A stretch of DNA of 64,000 nt from an uncultured delta proteobacterium (GTDB lineage: Bacteria; Desulfobacterota; Binatia; UBA9968), in assembly GCA_963745835.1 (NCBI GenBank), contig CAVUZH010000014.1, positions 384,001 through 448,000 on the forward strand. The letters are read 5' to 3'. Below the pieces are notes generated by a model. The model was not told where the DNA came from. It was given only the letters and a program-made list of their open reading frames with translations, and made no database searches. Shown here in pieces: positions 40,978 through 51,872 of this stretch. Every line of letters begins with the position of its first letter. Within the stretch, counting starts at the first letter, position 1. Made by a program: the position numbers and the translations under genes.

Positions 40978-41035
40978 GAGCTTCTTATATCAATTGGTAT
41001 TAATGTTTGCAAGCAGAATCCGTGAAAGACGACAT

Positions 41036-41143
41036 TTGATTCACCCGGAGCGATTGTGCTATTAACCCCGCCCTCGCTGCGCAGCGATAGGCGTCGCAGT
41101 CACCTCGACAGACCATCAAAGGCGCTGCGCCGGCGAGGCCCAA
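41036..41143 (+). ncRNA. Candidate structured RNA element, copy 1, with promoter
   Basis: TTGATT-N18-TATTAA with extended TG, then CCTCGCTGCGCAGC...GCTGCGCCGGCGAGG long stem; repeated at 41547-41655. Confidence 0.45.
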
Positions 41144-41154
41144 AGGGAGGCGAT

Positions 41155-41349
41155 ATGGTAGACGTACCAGGTTTACTTGTTACTATCGTCATCGGATATG
41201 GTTGCTGGGCTCTTATCTCTCTCGGGTTATCGTTTCTCATCAGTAGTCGGGGAACCGCGCGAGACCCAACGGAAAAAAGCAGCGCGCGGCTGACAAGTTC
41301 ACTCGGTAACATAAGGCCGAGCCCCGACTTTCAGAAAAAAACGTCATAA
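41155..41349 (+). CDS. Small single-TM protein (64 aa)
   Basis: GGAGG RBS directly after element copy 1; N-terminal hydrophobic helix. Confidence 0.5.
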   Translation: MVDVPGLLVTIVIGYGCWALISLGLSFLISSRGTARDPTEKSSARLTSSLGNIRPSPDFQKKTS

Positions 41350-41515
41350 GGTCACTTTCGCAGGTTTGAAGTCTTGCGTGCGAAGGCGTCAAACGGCTCT
41401 TGCCGGCGGTGAATACATGCGCGGCCGCGATTTCCCCGAACGGCTCGAACATCCGGCGGATGTCGGTTGCTCTTGCGTTGTAAGCGATGTTCCCGACGTA
41501 GATTCGGGTTCTCAT
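41240..41515 (-). pseudogene. RRM RNA-binding protein, N-terminal part only
   Basis: RIYVGNIAYNARATDIRRMFEPFGEI (RNP2 plus helix 1); RNP1 not seen. Confidence 0.65.
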
Positions 41516-41546
41516 TTCAGGTTCGTGCAGGCTACTTCTGCAGCCC

Positions 41547-41655
41547 TTGATCAGCTCATAGGAATTGTGCTATCAACCCCGCCCTCGCTGCGCAGCAAAT
41601 AGCTTGCGCTAACCTTTGACAGCCCATCAAAGGTCGCTGCGCCGGCGAGGCCCAA
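41547..41655 (+). ncRNA. Candidate structured RNA element, copy 2, with promoter
   Basis: TTGATC-N18-TATCAA; outer stem plus inner hairpins TAGC-TTGC-GCTA and CCTTTGA-CAGCCCA-TCAAAGG. Confidence 0.45.
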
Positions 41656-41665
41656 AATCCCATCG

Positions 41666-42088
41666 TCAATGGATAGTTGATAGAAACAGCGCGTTGCTAG
41701 TGTCAGTTGATTTAAATAAAATAAAGAGGCCGGTGCCGACGGCTAACCATACCGCGAGAATAAAAGCAGCTCCAACCCAACCCAATAACTTGCCCTGAGC
41801 AATTCGCGCCGCCGTTTTGGCCCTGCATTCCGCCAACACGTCAGCGGGTATCATCCTAATCGTAAGAGTTATACCGACGGGAATTAAAATCAAATCATCG
41901 AGGTATCCTAAGACCGGGATGAAATCGGGTATCAGATCTATAGGACTCATGGCATAAGCAAGGACCGACAGAGCGAAGGCTTTTACATACCATTGAACTT
42001 TAGGATGTTTGACGGCTAGATAAATGACATAGGTCTCCGTTTTGAGTTCGTTCGCGCTCCGTTTCCATACCGCAACATTTATGGCCAT
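41666..42088 (-). CDS. YkvA/DUF1232 membrane protein
   Basis: YAMSPIDLIPDFIPVLGYLDD. Confidence 0.92.
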   Translation of the reverse strand: MAINVAVWKRSANELKTETYVIYLAVKHPKVQWYVKAFALSVLAYAMSPIDLIPDFIPVLGYLDDLILIPVGITLTIRMIPADVLAECRAKTAARIAQGKLLGWVGAAFILAVWLAVGTGLFILFKSTDTSNALFLSTIH

Positions 42089-42782
42089 GAGTTTTTAATC
42101 TGTTAGTCCAGCGATCTGTTCAAGCGACCAAAAGTGATTGGAGATTTCCGCCTCCATCGCCAAAGTTGTTGACCTCATGGAAGGCCCTGAAGCGCAGCAT
42201 GGCAAGAGTGCCGGCCAAGAAAAAACCCGCGGTAAGAGCGGCCGCTAAGAAGAACAAGTTTCGTAGACAAGTTTGACAAAGAGTATTCATCCCGTTTCTT
42301 CCACTATCGATAAGACTCCAGTGCCACTTGCCTGGCGCTTCAAATATTCCTCAGGCACGATCGCCCTCCTATAGCTCACGGCAAACGTGCTCATATCCGT
42401 TGTTTAGAAGACACCTAACGATATTCGGATCGGTCCCGCTTTTGCCGTTCACGCTAGTGATGGTCTAACGATGAGGATACAAATATGGAGTTATTGGACT
42501 CGATCGTAAGTGTAGCGGTGGTTCTTGGATCAGTGGCCACGGTCTTTCTCTGGCTTTACTTATAAGATCATTTCCGGGCTAACTTGCGGGATTCTTGCTC
42601 AAGAGCAGGACTTTGCTATCAACCCATTCTATCGCCAGCTCCAATCCATGCGTCTCGGCTTCTTTCATCGTCTTGAATATCTTGCCCTCTATTCGCGCGA
42701 CTTCGATGATTTCAACCAGCGCGGCCGGTCTTGCAACCGAACCCGTCGATCCTTTACGCATTACGCACAAAATGTGAACTCG

Positions 42783-43064
42783 TTACACGAAATCATTTCC
42801 GCTAAGCTCCGTCATGGCTGTGAGGGCCTTTGTGAGTCGACGCAGTTCCTCCAGATGGCCGTCCAGCCGGCTACATTCATCCTTTAAACCGATTATCAGC
42901 TCGCGGGTGTGTCGAGGATATCCTTCGTGTTTGTTGAGATCCATTTCGAGAAACTGAACCGCGCTGCAGATACTATTAGCTGAGTTGGCCAGATCATGCA
43001 CGATTTTAGTAATTGCGCTTTGCGGTGTGCTGTCATTGCCTGGTGTTTGCTCATCCATATCCAT
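42783..43064 (-). CDS. Stand-alone HisKA-like small protein
   Basis: IVHDLANSANSICSAVQFL H-box-like helix pair; GGAG RBS. Confidence 0.5.
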   Translation of the reverse strand: MDMDEQTPGNDSTPQSAITKIVHDLANSANSICSAVQFLEMDLNKHEGYPRHTRELIIGLKDECSRLDGHLEELRRLTKALTAMTELSGNDFV

Positions 43065-43073
43065 TTCTCCTAG

Positions 43074-43259
43074 TTATTGCGGGGTCGGATTCAGAATGCG
43101 CTGATATACCGCACGCTCCCTCCAGCAGCTTTGCTTGAACTCCGCGTCCATGATGACGCCCTTCTCGATCAGTAGCTTGGCGAGCGCGTCGGTCATCGCG
43201 AGAGTGGAGACCATGAGTTCTTCGAGCGATACAGGTTTGCCTTGTTCGAGTTCTGCCAT
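43074..43259 (-). CDS. Small hypothetical protein
   Basis: GGAG RBS; LAKLLIEKGVI motif. Confidence 0.65.
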   Translation of the reverse strand: MAELEQGKPVSLEELMVSTLAMTDALAKLLIEKGVIMDAEFKQSCWRERAVYQRILNPTPQ

Positions 43260-43268
43260 TGCGTCTCC

Positions 43269-44256
43269 CTATTTGATCACCTTATCCGCCCGCGCCAGCA
43301 CGTTCGGCGGGATCGTGAGACCGATCTGCTTGGCTGTCTTCAGGTTGATCACTAACTCAAACTTCGTCGGCTGCTCGACGGGCAGGTCGCCCGGCTTCGC
43401 TCCCTTAAGAATCCTATCCACATAGATGGCAATGCGCTGATAGCGTTCCGTGCTGTCTCCACCGTAAGACATGAGTCCACCGGCATCTACAGCCCGCCTG
43501 TCGCTGTAAATCGACGGTAATCGCCTATTAAGTGTAAAGTCGACAATTCGTTTCTCGTTTGCACCGATTAACGGGTTTCTGCGGGGCACATAAAGCCCAT
43601 CCGGGCGCCACTCACTGATCGCACCGAATACCTTGTCAAAATCCCCCGTCGCTCGTACCTCCCAAGATTGAAGAGTCAACCGCAACTCACGCGTCGGGAT
43701 TGGGAGAACCTCTTTCAGATCTTGCACACTGTCCGGACGGGTTGGATCGTAGAGTACTGCGATACGCGAAAGTTTGGGTACGGCTTCTTTGAGCAGCTCC
43801 AGGCGCTTGCCGCCTCCCTCCCCGACAACATTGGTAATTCCGGTGACGTTACCGCCGGGACGCGCGAGGCTTTTAATCAGGCCGGCTTCGACCGGATCGA
43901 GCCCAGGTCCGGTCATAACGAGGGGAATTGTCTTGGTCTCGTTCATCGCCGCCCCGAATAACTGGGTCCGCTCCTGCGACCACTATGAGATCGACCTTGA
44001 GTTTCACCAGCTCGGCGGTAAGCTCAGGGATTCGATTGAGCTTCCCCTCCAAATACCGGTACTCGGTGACGATGTTCTTTCCTTCTATGTAGCCAAGCTC
44101 GCGCAATGCCAGCTGAATGGCCTCTGAACGGACGGAGTCACTCGTCGGATCGCTTGCTGCTAGATAACCTATGCGGTGGACTTTCCTTTGCTGCTGGGCC
44201 TCGGCAGAATCGACAGCGGCCAAAATTAAGCCGATCAGCAGAAGAACACCCCTCAT
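43269..44256 (-). pseudogene. ABC_sub_bind-type substrate-binding protein, frameshift near 43950
   Basis: SLARPGGNVTG, GGLMSYG, LPVEQPTKFELVINLKTAK; one extra G in a G-run. Confidence 0.88.
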
Positions 44257-44269
44257 GCGTGATGCCTTT

Positions 44270-45259
44270 TCACTTAATCACCCTGTCCGTTTTTGCGAAT
44301 ATGCTGCTTGGAATTGTCAAACCAAGTTGCTTCGCTGTTTTCAAGTTAATCACTAGCTCGAATTTTGTCGGCTGCTCAACCGGAAGATCGGCGGGCTTTG
44401 CGCCTTTGAGAATCTTGTCAATGTAGAAAGCGGCGCGGCGAAAAGCCTCCAGATCGTTGGCTGAATAGGACATCAAGCCACCTTGTTCTACCCAGGTGTG
44501 TCCCTCGAATATCGAGGGTAGTCGGTTCTCTATTGCTAGTTCTCCAATCCGCCTCTGGTGTCGAATTAGGTTTCCATTAGTGATGGTGATGAGGGCATTG
44601 GCACCTCCTTTCGCCGCGCTCTGAATCGCTCCCTCAATATCAGGATTCGCACCTCGCACGGCGACAGATTGAACATTTACCTTTAGAGCGCGTCCGGCAG
44701 ACTCATATTCTTTAATACGGTTAGCCGTGTTTTTGCTGTCTGCATCTCGAAGAACTCCGATCTTAGATAGTTGCGGCACGACTTCGGTAAGCAACTGAAT
44801 CCGTTTTCCACTTAAGTCTCGGCCCAGTGTGTTCAGTCCGGTTATATTGCCACCAGGACGAGCCAAGCTATCAACTATTCCAGCTGCAACTGAATCAACA
44901 CCAGCTACCATCACAATCGGAATCGTCTTGGTGGCCTGCTTAGCTGCGAGTATTGCTGGCAGAATCGGTACGACAAGCACATCCACATTGAGTTGGACTA
45001 GCTCGGCTACGAGACTTTCTACTACACGGTCCGCTTTTCCTTCCGCGCCGCGATACTCAATCTTGAAATTCTTGCCCTCAATATAGCCGAGTTCTTTCAA
45101 CCCCTGTCGCAATGCCTCAACGTAAGGTCCCTGATTTAAGGCATCGCCGGTCCCTGAGACATAGCCTATACGTGGAATTTTGGTTGGCTGCTGCGCCTCA
45201 GCAACACCAGCGCTCATGAGGTTCAGCAGCAGCAGTAAAGACAAAACGCATTTGTTCAT
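44270..45259 (-). CDS. ABC_sub_bind-type substrate-binding protein
   Basis: Signal peptide ending AEAQQ; same family motifs. Confidence 0.92.
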   Translation of the reverse strand: MNKCVLSLLLLLNLMSAGVAEAQQPTKIPRIGYVSGTGDALNQGPYVEALRQGLKELGYIEGKNFKIEYRGAEGKADRVVESLVAELVQLNVDVLVVPILPAILAAKQATKTIPIVMVAGVDSVAAGIVDSLARPGGNITGLNTLGRDLSGKRIQLLTEVVPQLSKIGVLRDADSKNTANRIKEYESAGRALKVNVQSVAVRGANPDIEGAIQSAAKGGANALITITNGNLIRHQRRIGELAIENRLPSIFEGHTWVEQGGLMSYSANDLEAFRRAAFYIDKILKGAKPADLPVEQPTKFELVINLKTAKQLGLTIPSSIFAKTDRVIK

Positions 45260-45726
45260 CCCTGCTTTTACTGCTGTTCGCTAGAGTTTGTCTAATGATT
45301 TTATTGTGGAAGAATCTCGTTCAGCATCGACGCCAGTCTCGCTCCAGCTTGCGCCAGCCGCGTCCGAATCACAGCGCGTACCGATTCGACGTAAGTTGCG
45401 TCAATCCGAAATCGTTTCAGGTAGTGCTCCTACGGGCGGCCGTCTAAGTGTCTCATTTTTACAGGTCAAAATTTTGCCGTTGTATTGTATGTGAGACAGT
45501 GGCGATAGCCGAATCTCCGCTAATCGAAAGCGCAACGAGCAACCTCCGCTTTACGCATCCATAAGAGCGCGATGGCTGGAACAGCGCAAGCTAAAGCTGC
45601 CAACGAGCGCAAGCAATTAGCATTGGGACCATGGAAGCACGAGCTTCAAGCACGCCAACGGTCACGACACTGGCCTGTCCGTTGCTATCTCGGTGATGCA
45701 ACAAAGTAGCAGGTTTCGGGTCCCTA

Positions 45727-46998
45727 ATGACCCCATGGGGAGGCCCAATGAATCGTCTAAACGCGTGTTGCGATCTTTTGACTAAGGATGAATATGCCGG
45801 ACGAGCGGGGAAGTTGGGCGTGATCGTACTGCTTCTGATCATTTCGCTCGTAAGCTCACTACCTATTCCAGCAGCCGGGCAAGCACCACCGCTGATGGGC
45901 GAGGGAATGCACAGCTTACTGGATATCCCGAGTATCACCAGTCCTGACCGGTGCCCGACGGGTCCCGTCAGCTTTACTGTGTCTGGGATCGCCGTTGGTC
46001 CATATCCTGGAACGTTCACTGAGTCCATAACAATTGCTGGGAACACCTTCGAGGCATCATTTGCCATCGATAGCGCAATCGACGTAGCAGGTACTAAGTC
46101 GGGTACAGTGTCTTTCGAATGTTTCACATTTTTTACCAGCTCCGCACAAGTTCTCTCCATCGGATTCGAGGGCACAGCCATGTATAATGCGGATGTTCCA
46201 GACCAAGGGATTGCGCAGGTGGGTGGCAACTTTTTTATCGTCACCGACCTGATGGGAACAGTCCAGAACCGCGGGGGTGCATTCAGCCAGCGATTTGTTC
46301 TTTCTACGCTTGGCCCACCTTTCGCTCTACTCCTCCAACCAGTCGCAGATACCAATGAAGTCGGGACCCGGCACACCGTTACAGCGCGCGTCGTCGATGC
46401 GCTCGGACGGCCGATACCAGGTGTTGAGGTTGATTTTATCGTCGAGGGATCTGTCAATACGGCAGGCTCCTGTACAACAAACTCTACTGGGCAGTGTGAG
46501 TTCTCCTATACTGGGCCGCAGTTCCCTGGCGCTGACTTGATTACGGCCTTCGTGGACAGCGACCGAGATAACACCTTCGATCCGGGTGAACCGATCTCAG
46601 AAGCAACGAAAGCGTGGGTTCTCCCATCATCGACGCCGGGGCAAGTCACCGGTGGAGGTCAAATCAACAAGGCACTAATCCTCGAAAGCGTCGCCTTCGG
46701 GTTCAATGCTCGGTCAACCCTAACGAGCTTCCAGGGACATTGTAACGTGGTTGATCGTGAGGCCGGGATTCACATCAAGTGCCTTGACGTGGAGGCGCTG
46801 GTTGTCGTTGGTACGCATGCAACCATTTTTGGGCGTGCGACAGTCAATGGCACTCAAACAAGGTATCGGATACTGGTGGACGATCTTGACGAACCAGGGA
46901 GATTTCGCGATACGTTTTCAATCATCACAGAAAACGGCTATGCGGCGACTGGGCTGGTGACGCAAGGAAATATACAGATCCATGGTAGTCTAAGGTAG
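45727..46998 (+). CDS. Exported beta-rich protein with a bacterial Ig-like (Big_1) domain
   Basis: Signal/TM helix; HTVTARVVDALGRPIPGVEVDFIVEG...TTNSTGQCEFSYTG; C-terminal VTGGG...GNIQIH domain. Confidence 0.7.
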   Translation: MTPWGGPMNRLNACCDLLTKDEYAGRAGKLGVIVLLLIISLVSSLPIPAAGQAPPLMGEGMHSLLDIPSITSPDRCPTGPVSFTVSGIAVGPYPGTFTESITIAGNTFEASFAIDSAIDVAGTKSGTVSFECFTFFTSSAQVLSIGFEGTAMYNADVPDQGIAQVGGNFFIVTDLMGTVQNRGGAFSQRFVLSTLGPPFALLLQPVADTNEVGTRHTVTARVVDALGRPIPGVEVDFIVEGSVNTAGSCTTNSTGQCEFSYTGPQFPGADLITAFVDSDRDNTFDPGEPISEATKAWVLPSSTPGQVTGGGQINKALILESVAFGFNARSTLTSFQGHCNVVDREAGIHIKCLDVEALVVVGTHATIFGRATVNGTQTRYRILVDDLDEPGRFRDTFSIITENGYAATGLVTQGNIQIHGSLR

Positions 46999-47102
46999 TC
47001 AGCCGTTCTGCCACGGGGCGTCGTGCCGCTGTCCATTCACGCGCGGCGCCCGTTTTGCCTGCGCCGGTGTATTACGTCCCGAGCACAATGCCGAGGTAAC
47101 CG

Positions 47103-48125
47103 CTACATTGCGGACAGAGGCGAGCTAGATAGGTTGCCGTAGGCGAGATGATCTGTTGTGTGTACTATTGCTTCGCGCCACTTGTGACGAACATAATACA
47201 AGTTTGGGTCAATCCCTGCGGCACACAACGCTTTACCCCAACTCCCGAACTGCTTCTCGGCGGCACGCACCAGCGGCAGATGGTCACGTCGTGCTTCCGC
47301 GTATACCAGCGGCTGCTTGCGTCTATGCATCCGAGAAAGCGCTGTTGTAATCCTCCCCTTGGGTGACGTAGCGCGATCTTTTTTGGCTGCAGCGATGGCT
47401 GTTTGCAAACTCCCGAAGTAATAAACTGCCGACGATTTTAGCGAGTGAGGAACATCCCTTTTTGGATAGCCATGTACAGCGTCGTCCAATGCTCTTAGAA
47501 TCCCGAGACGACTTCCATATGCGTACTTTGGAATCTCTATGCCAGCAGCAATAAGAGCCTTTCGCCACGACCCGAATTGACGTAGTGCAGCAGAGAACAG
47601 CTTCTTGTGATTGTTCAGGACGTACTTGGCGTACAGCGGTGAATGTTGTTTTCTCAGGCGTTGCATTTGGCTGATAAGTTTTGCCTGATCCCAAAAAGCC
47701 CACATCCGCATCTGCTCTGGAGCGAACCCCGCTGCACTGAGAGCTTTGTCCAGTCACCGAAAAGCCAAACCGCCTGGTTATAAAGATGTGGACGGTTGTC
47801 TCGCAGGTATTCAGCGAAGACCTGTCCGTGCTTCTTATGAATCTTCTTAATCGCAGCAATCCACTCCTGCTTATTAAGCGCATGATAGTCATTTCGGGAA
47901 CTGTGATTTGTGCGGAATGATTTGGAGCAGAGCTTGTCTGGGCTGAGACGGTACTCCTGTATGTAGGTTTCACGGTCGATGCCATGCTTAGAAAGGTGGC
48001 GGCCGCTTATGACGCGACGATATTCTCCACAGATACGGCACCGAACAGAGGCGACGCTCTCCTTACCGTCGAGCCACTGGAGACCCCGGGAACCGCGGTG
48101 TTTTTTCTTGTGTTATGCGAGTCAT
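47103..48125 (-). pseudogene. C2H2 (Ros/MucR-like) zinc finger plus tandem FGSW-xx-AL-x-AAG repeats, frameshifted
   Basis: Manual translation upstream of ORF 47103-47711 gives VRCRICGEYRRVISGRHLSKHGIDRETYIQEY; repeats FGDW, FGSWRKALIAAG, FGSLQTAIAAA, FGSWGKALCAAG. Confidence 0.7.
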
Positions 48126-48356
48126 GGTTGCAGTCGGAGGCGAGGTATATATCGGTGAGGTAGGCTACAAGTCAAGGCTGTAGTTTTGGGTTGCATTCCC
48201 GAACAGTGATCAAAGCTTAAGCCTGCGAATAATGTTGATTTATATCTTCGTAAACAAAGTTGCATCTCTTTCAAGCGTATCGTTTACAGCGCGACCTGAC
48301 CGATGCCAATTTCACTGCGTTTTGCAATGATTCCACCCGATTTTAACCGCACTTCA

Positions 48357-48372
48357 TGGCATTACCATTGCT
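48357..48372 (+). promoter_or_regulatory. Putative sigma54 promoter
   Basis: TGGCAT-TACCA-TTGCT. Confidence 0.65.
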
Positions 48373-48483
48373 CATTTGGTTCTCGTGCGAACGTTGCGGC
48401 CGGTTGAGTAAGAAAATCGAATAATCGTTGCGTCAGGCATCACAATGACTCACTACCCGATAACTGGCATGGGGGTTTGAAAC

Positions 48484-48744
48484 ATGGAAGCAGAAATTAT
48501 CCTAAAGGCCGAAGAAAAAGAACGCCTATTTCAAATAGCTCCGGAAAATTCACCTGCTCGTTTTGCTCTTGCGAACGCTCGGTCCGACAACAATCAACCT
48601 GAATTAGTGGTTATAAACTGCGACGAGGAGGCGGCATATGGGCTGCTGGAAGCTGCAGCACCGCATTGTGGCGGCGCCTGGAGGGTAATGAATTACCAGA
48701 TGACTAGACTCGGGCTTTTGAAATCCAGAGCACATCTGAGATAG
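48484..48744 (+). CDS. Hypothetical protein; similar to the C-terminal half of 59707-60132
   Basis: VVINCDEEAAYGLLEAAAPHC versus VILECTEDEAVVLLEAAKEHC. Confidence 0.65.
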   Translation: MEAEIILKAEEKERLFQIAPENSPARFALANARSDNNQPELVVINCDEEAAYGLLEAAAPHCGGAWRVMNYQMTRLGLLKSRAHLR

Positions 48745-48954
48745 CCTGAACAGATCTATACTCCTCGGGCTTCCGGTTGGGAAGCAACATCACGTTCCAT
48801 ATCAAGAGTTAGACGAGGGCAACAAACGCAAGGTTGAGCGCCTCCTTCCAATAATGTCTTCGGGCTTATACTGGCATATACGCTTTGAGGATCTGCAACT
48901 TAAAGGCTTTCAGGATAACGGTGCGGTGTACGAAACCGGGCGGCTCCGTCTAAG

Positions 48955-49647
48955 CTATAAAAGGCGTCCCTGCGGATCTCGCGCAGCCTGAATGCACTCC
49001 GCGCTGTCATATTCTGGCTTATTTACTAGCGGTGATACGTCATGGGCCTGCATCTGTTCAGATGGGAACGGGGCAAGCACGGCCGCGATGTCCGCCGACC
49101 GGGTACTGAGTCGAGGATCTAGCCATTGCTTTGCCTGCAGCGCATCGAAGATCACAGGCATACGGTTGTGAATGCGTCTCAGCAGGGCGTTAGGGACGGT
49201 GGTTATGATCGTAAAGCTGTGGAGCGCCTCCCCGTCCACATCTCGCCACAAATCCCATAGACCAGCGAACGCGAACGGCTGTTTTTTCTTCAGGTGAAAC
49301 CAAACCGGATTTTTATCCCGGCCTTCTCGACGCCACTCAAAAAACCCATCTGCGGGTATAAGACAGCGCTTGCTCTCAACCAGCCGGCGATAGCTCGGTT
49401 TCTCCGTGATTGTCTCGGCTCGCTCATTGATCATGTTATTACCGATCGATGGATCCGGCGCCCACGACGGAACCAAGCCCCACTTCATTGGCTTTAGTTC
49501 GTTGACGCCGTCGTTCTGAACTATGACCGGCACTTCTTGGGAAGGTGCGATGTTATAGCGCGGGCTTAGTAGTGAAATCTCTCGCTGGAGGTTGAAGAGC
49601 AGCTTTATTTCTCGGAACTCAAATGAAGCAGTGAATCGGCCACACAT
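48955..49647 (-). CDS. SRAP (YedK/HMCES) abasic-site protection protein
   Basis: MCGRF N-terminus, RYNIAPSQ, RCLIPADGFFEW, IHNRMPVI. Confidence 0.95.
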   Translation of the reverse strand: MCGRFTASFEFREIKLLFNLQREISLLSPRYNIAPSQEVPVIVQNDGVNELKPMKWGLVPSWAPDPSIGNNMINERAETITEKPSYRRLVESKRCLIPADGFFEWRREGRDKNPVWFHLKKKQPFAFAGLWDLWRDVDGEALHSFTIITTVPNALLRRIHNRMPVIFDALQAKQWLDPRLSTRSADIAAVLAPFPSEQMQAHDVSPLVNKPEYDSAECIQAARDPQGRLL

Positions 49648-49907
49648 AATGGCGTTAAGCTATAACATGGTTGGCGCCCTTTTTCATTTCTCGCGAATAA
49701 CGTCACGCGATTCTTATCGTCTTGAAACCGCAAAATTTGAATGGACGATAAGCTCATATCGTCAGTACGGTTCGCAAACCCTGCGGTCGCTCCCAAAAAG
49801 AGAATTTATAAACGAGATGACCAATGATATACGTTCCTGTAGTAGCTGCTAAAAAGTTTGCCAAAACAGCAACTGGATATTAGATTATAATGGAGGTTTA
49901 ATTCTCA

Positions 49908-50144
49908 ATGAACACGATCAAGAAAAAACTGCTAATCTTACTAACCGCGGCGGTTATGGTTGCGCCTGCCGGTTGTAAACGGAGCGAGGATGGGGAAGGC
50001 CCTGCAGAACAAGTCGGTCGAAAGATCGACTCTGGTTTCAACGCTGTCGAGAAAGCCGGTCAGGAAACCGGTAAGCTAATGGAACGAGCGGGTGAGTCCA
50101 TGCAGAAGGCAGGAGAAAGCATGCAAGACAAGCCGAAAGAATAG
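49908..50144 (+). CDS. Small lipoprotein
   Basis: Signal peptide with PAGC lipobox; GPAEQVGRKID and amphipathic repeats; GGAGG RBS. Confidence 0.75.
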   Translation: MNTIKKKLLILLTAAVMVAPAGCKRSEDGEGPAEQVGRKIDSGFNAVEKAGQETGKLMERAGESMQKAGESMQDKPKE

Positions 50145-50932
50145 GCGTACAATAGTCCAGCACAAAATTAGGTCCTACAGCAGGATCAGCAGCTTCAAAA
50201 GATCCCTTGCTTATCACCTTGTCATCAACTCATCACGAGAGCCGATCTCCACTCGAACCCTGCCCGCCAGCTCAGGAATGTTGGCTTCTATGAACCGCCG
50301 CAGTTTAAGTCTTAGCTGCTCTTCAAGCGGTAGCCGAGCCTCACCTTGCCGCAGATCGCTGGGTGCAATCGTATTCATCTAAATGAGGGGGCTCCTCTTC
50401 AGCGCAAATTCAGTTGGAGACACGCCGCCTCATTCCGTGCAAACAGGCTTCACTCTGGCGCCGCTTTCTCTCCGGCGCCACATTCACTGTAATGGCCGCT
50501 TGATCATGAAATGTAGCTTCTCAACCTTGCGCGTAAGCTGGCCTTCAAGCGTGATCACGGCCGACACCACGTCCAGCAGCTGAGAAACGTTCCCGCTTCT
50601 AATCTCGACTTCCTCGTCCGTGAACTCGGCGGTTTTCGGAAGTTTGTTGACGATCGATCGATAGCGCTGCAGGGCTCGCTTGATCTCGGTTACGCATCGC
50701 CGAAAGTCCACGGTTTGTTCTGTCCCTCGACCATCGCGACCTCTTCAGACCACGCCGCAAACTGCTCGCGGCTTTTTTCCATCAATTTGTGAAGCTCTTC
50801 ATATTGAATCCGCCAAAGCCGCAATTGATCTGGAGTTGCCCTGTCTAAATCGTCTTCGGAGTTCATGGGCTCGTTCGGCCCCGGGCGAGCTCCAACCCCG
50901 TGAGCCGACACCAATTCAAGCCGCCGCCTGCT

Positions 50933-51148
50933 TCAAAGTTTTACATCGATCCATTTTTTCGAGAATACCAGGCCGGCCCGCTCTGCTTGCTGAGCGGTAT
51001 CGTAATCAAGATCTAGCTGGAGATACTCGACCACCTCAACTCCATCCTTCAAAAACTTGACCGTGCAGCTTGATCTCCATCTGAGCCCCTTAGCGCTTCG
51101 TAGAGTTGTGATCAGAATGATCGCGTCTTTGTAAGAGTCTTGCATACA
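50933..51148 (-). CDS. Small hypothetical protein
   Basis: YDTAQQAERAGLVFSKKWID, resembling FKTMKEAETHGLELAIEWVD in ORF 42579-42770. Confidence 0.5.
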   Translation of the reverse strand, partial: CMQDSYKDAIILITTLRSAKGLRWRSSCTVKFLKDGVEVVEYLQLDLDYDTAQQAERAGLVFSKKWIDVKL

Positions 51149-51494
51149 TCTTCTCTCTTTTGCACTTGAAGGCACATCGCAAGAGGAAGATGTTCAATAT
51201 TAGACCCTGCGGCTGAGGCGGGCGCGCCTGTAGCGGTTCAGATCACAGACACAGGAAAATCCAAACTGCTAGGAGAACTACGATCAAATCCAAAGCGGCA
51301 TGTACGACTAACAGGTGAGCGTCATCGGTGCCGTAATACGTCAATGATTGATCGGAACTGGGATTGTCAAAGATGCGCATCAGGTATTCCTTGGGACAGA
51401 TTCAGCAAACTTTACTCGGTCTCAGTTTTGCCGGCAAATGATCCTAAATCACTCTTTCCATTTTATACTAACAGAGTCGGCTAACGGCGGATAA

Positions 51495-51872
51495 ATGAAA
51501 ATTTTGATCGTCGAAGACGATGCGGATATGCGCGATCTATTACGTCTTATACTAGAACGATCGTACTATGTTCCGATCGTTGCGAGTCACGGTAAAGAGG
51601 GCGTGGAAAAAGCTATTTCGGAAAAGCCGAAGTTGATCCTGATGGACATGATGATGCCGGTAATGGACGGCTGGGAAGCGGCGCGAGCCATTCGCGCCAA
51701 TCCCGACACGAAGAATATTCCGATTTTGGCAACAACCGTGCTGTTTCGTCCTCATGAACTAAAAGCCTGCCTGGAAGCGGGCTGCAATGCCTACATGGTC
51801 AGGCCGTTTAACGTTCTCGATCTCCAGGACAAAATTAGACAACTGGTAACCGCTCCTATCGCCGAAGTATAG
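51495..51872 (+). CDS. Single-domain response regulator (DivK-like)
   Basis: ILIVEDD, ILMDMMMPVMDGWEA; the conserved Lys appears as Arg (VRPF). Confidence 0.9.
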   Translation: MKILIVEDDADMRDLLRLILERSYYVPIVASHGKEGVEKAISEKPKLILMDMMMPVMDGWEAARAIRANPDTKNIPILATTVLFRPHELKACLEAGCNAYMVRPFNVLDLQDKIRQLVTAPIAEV

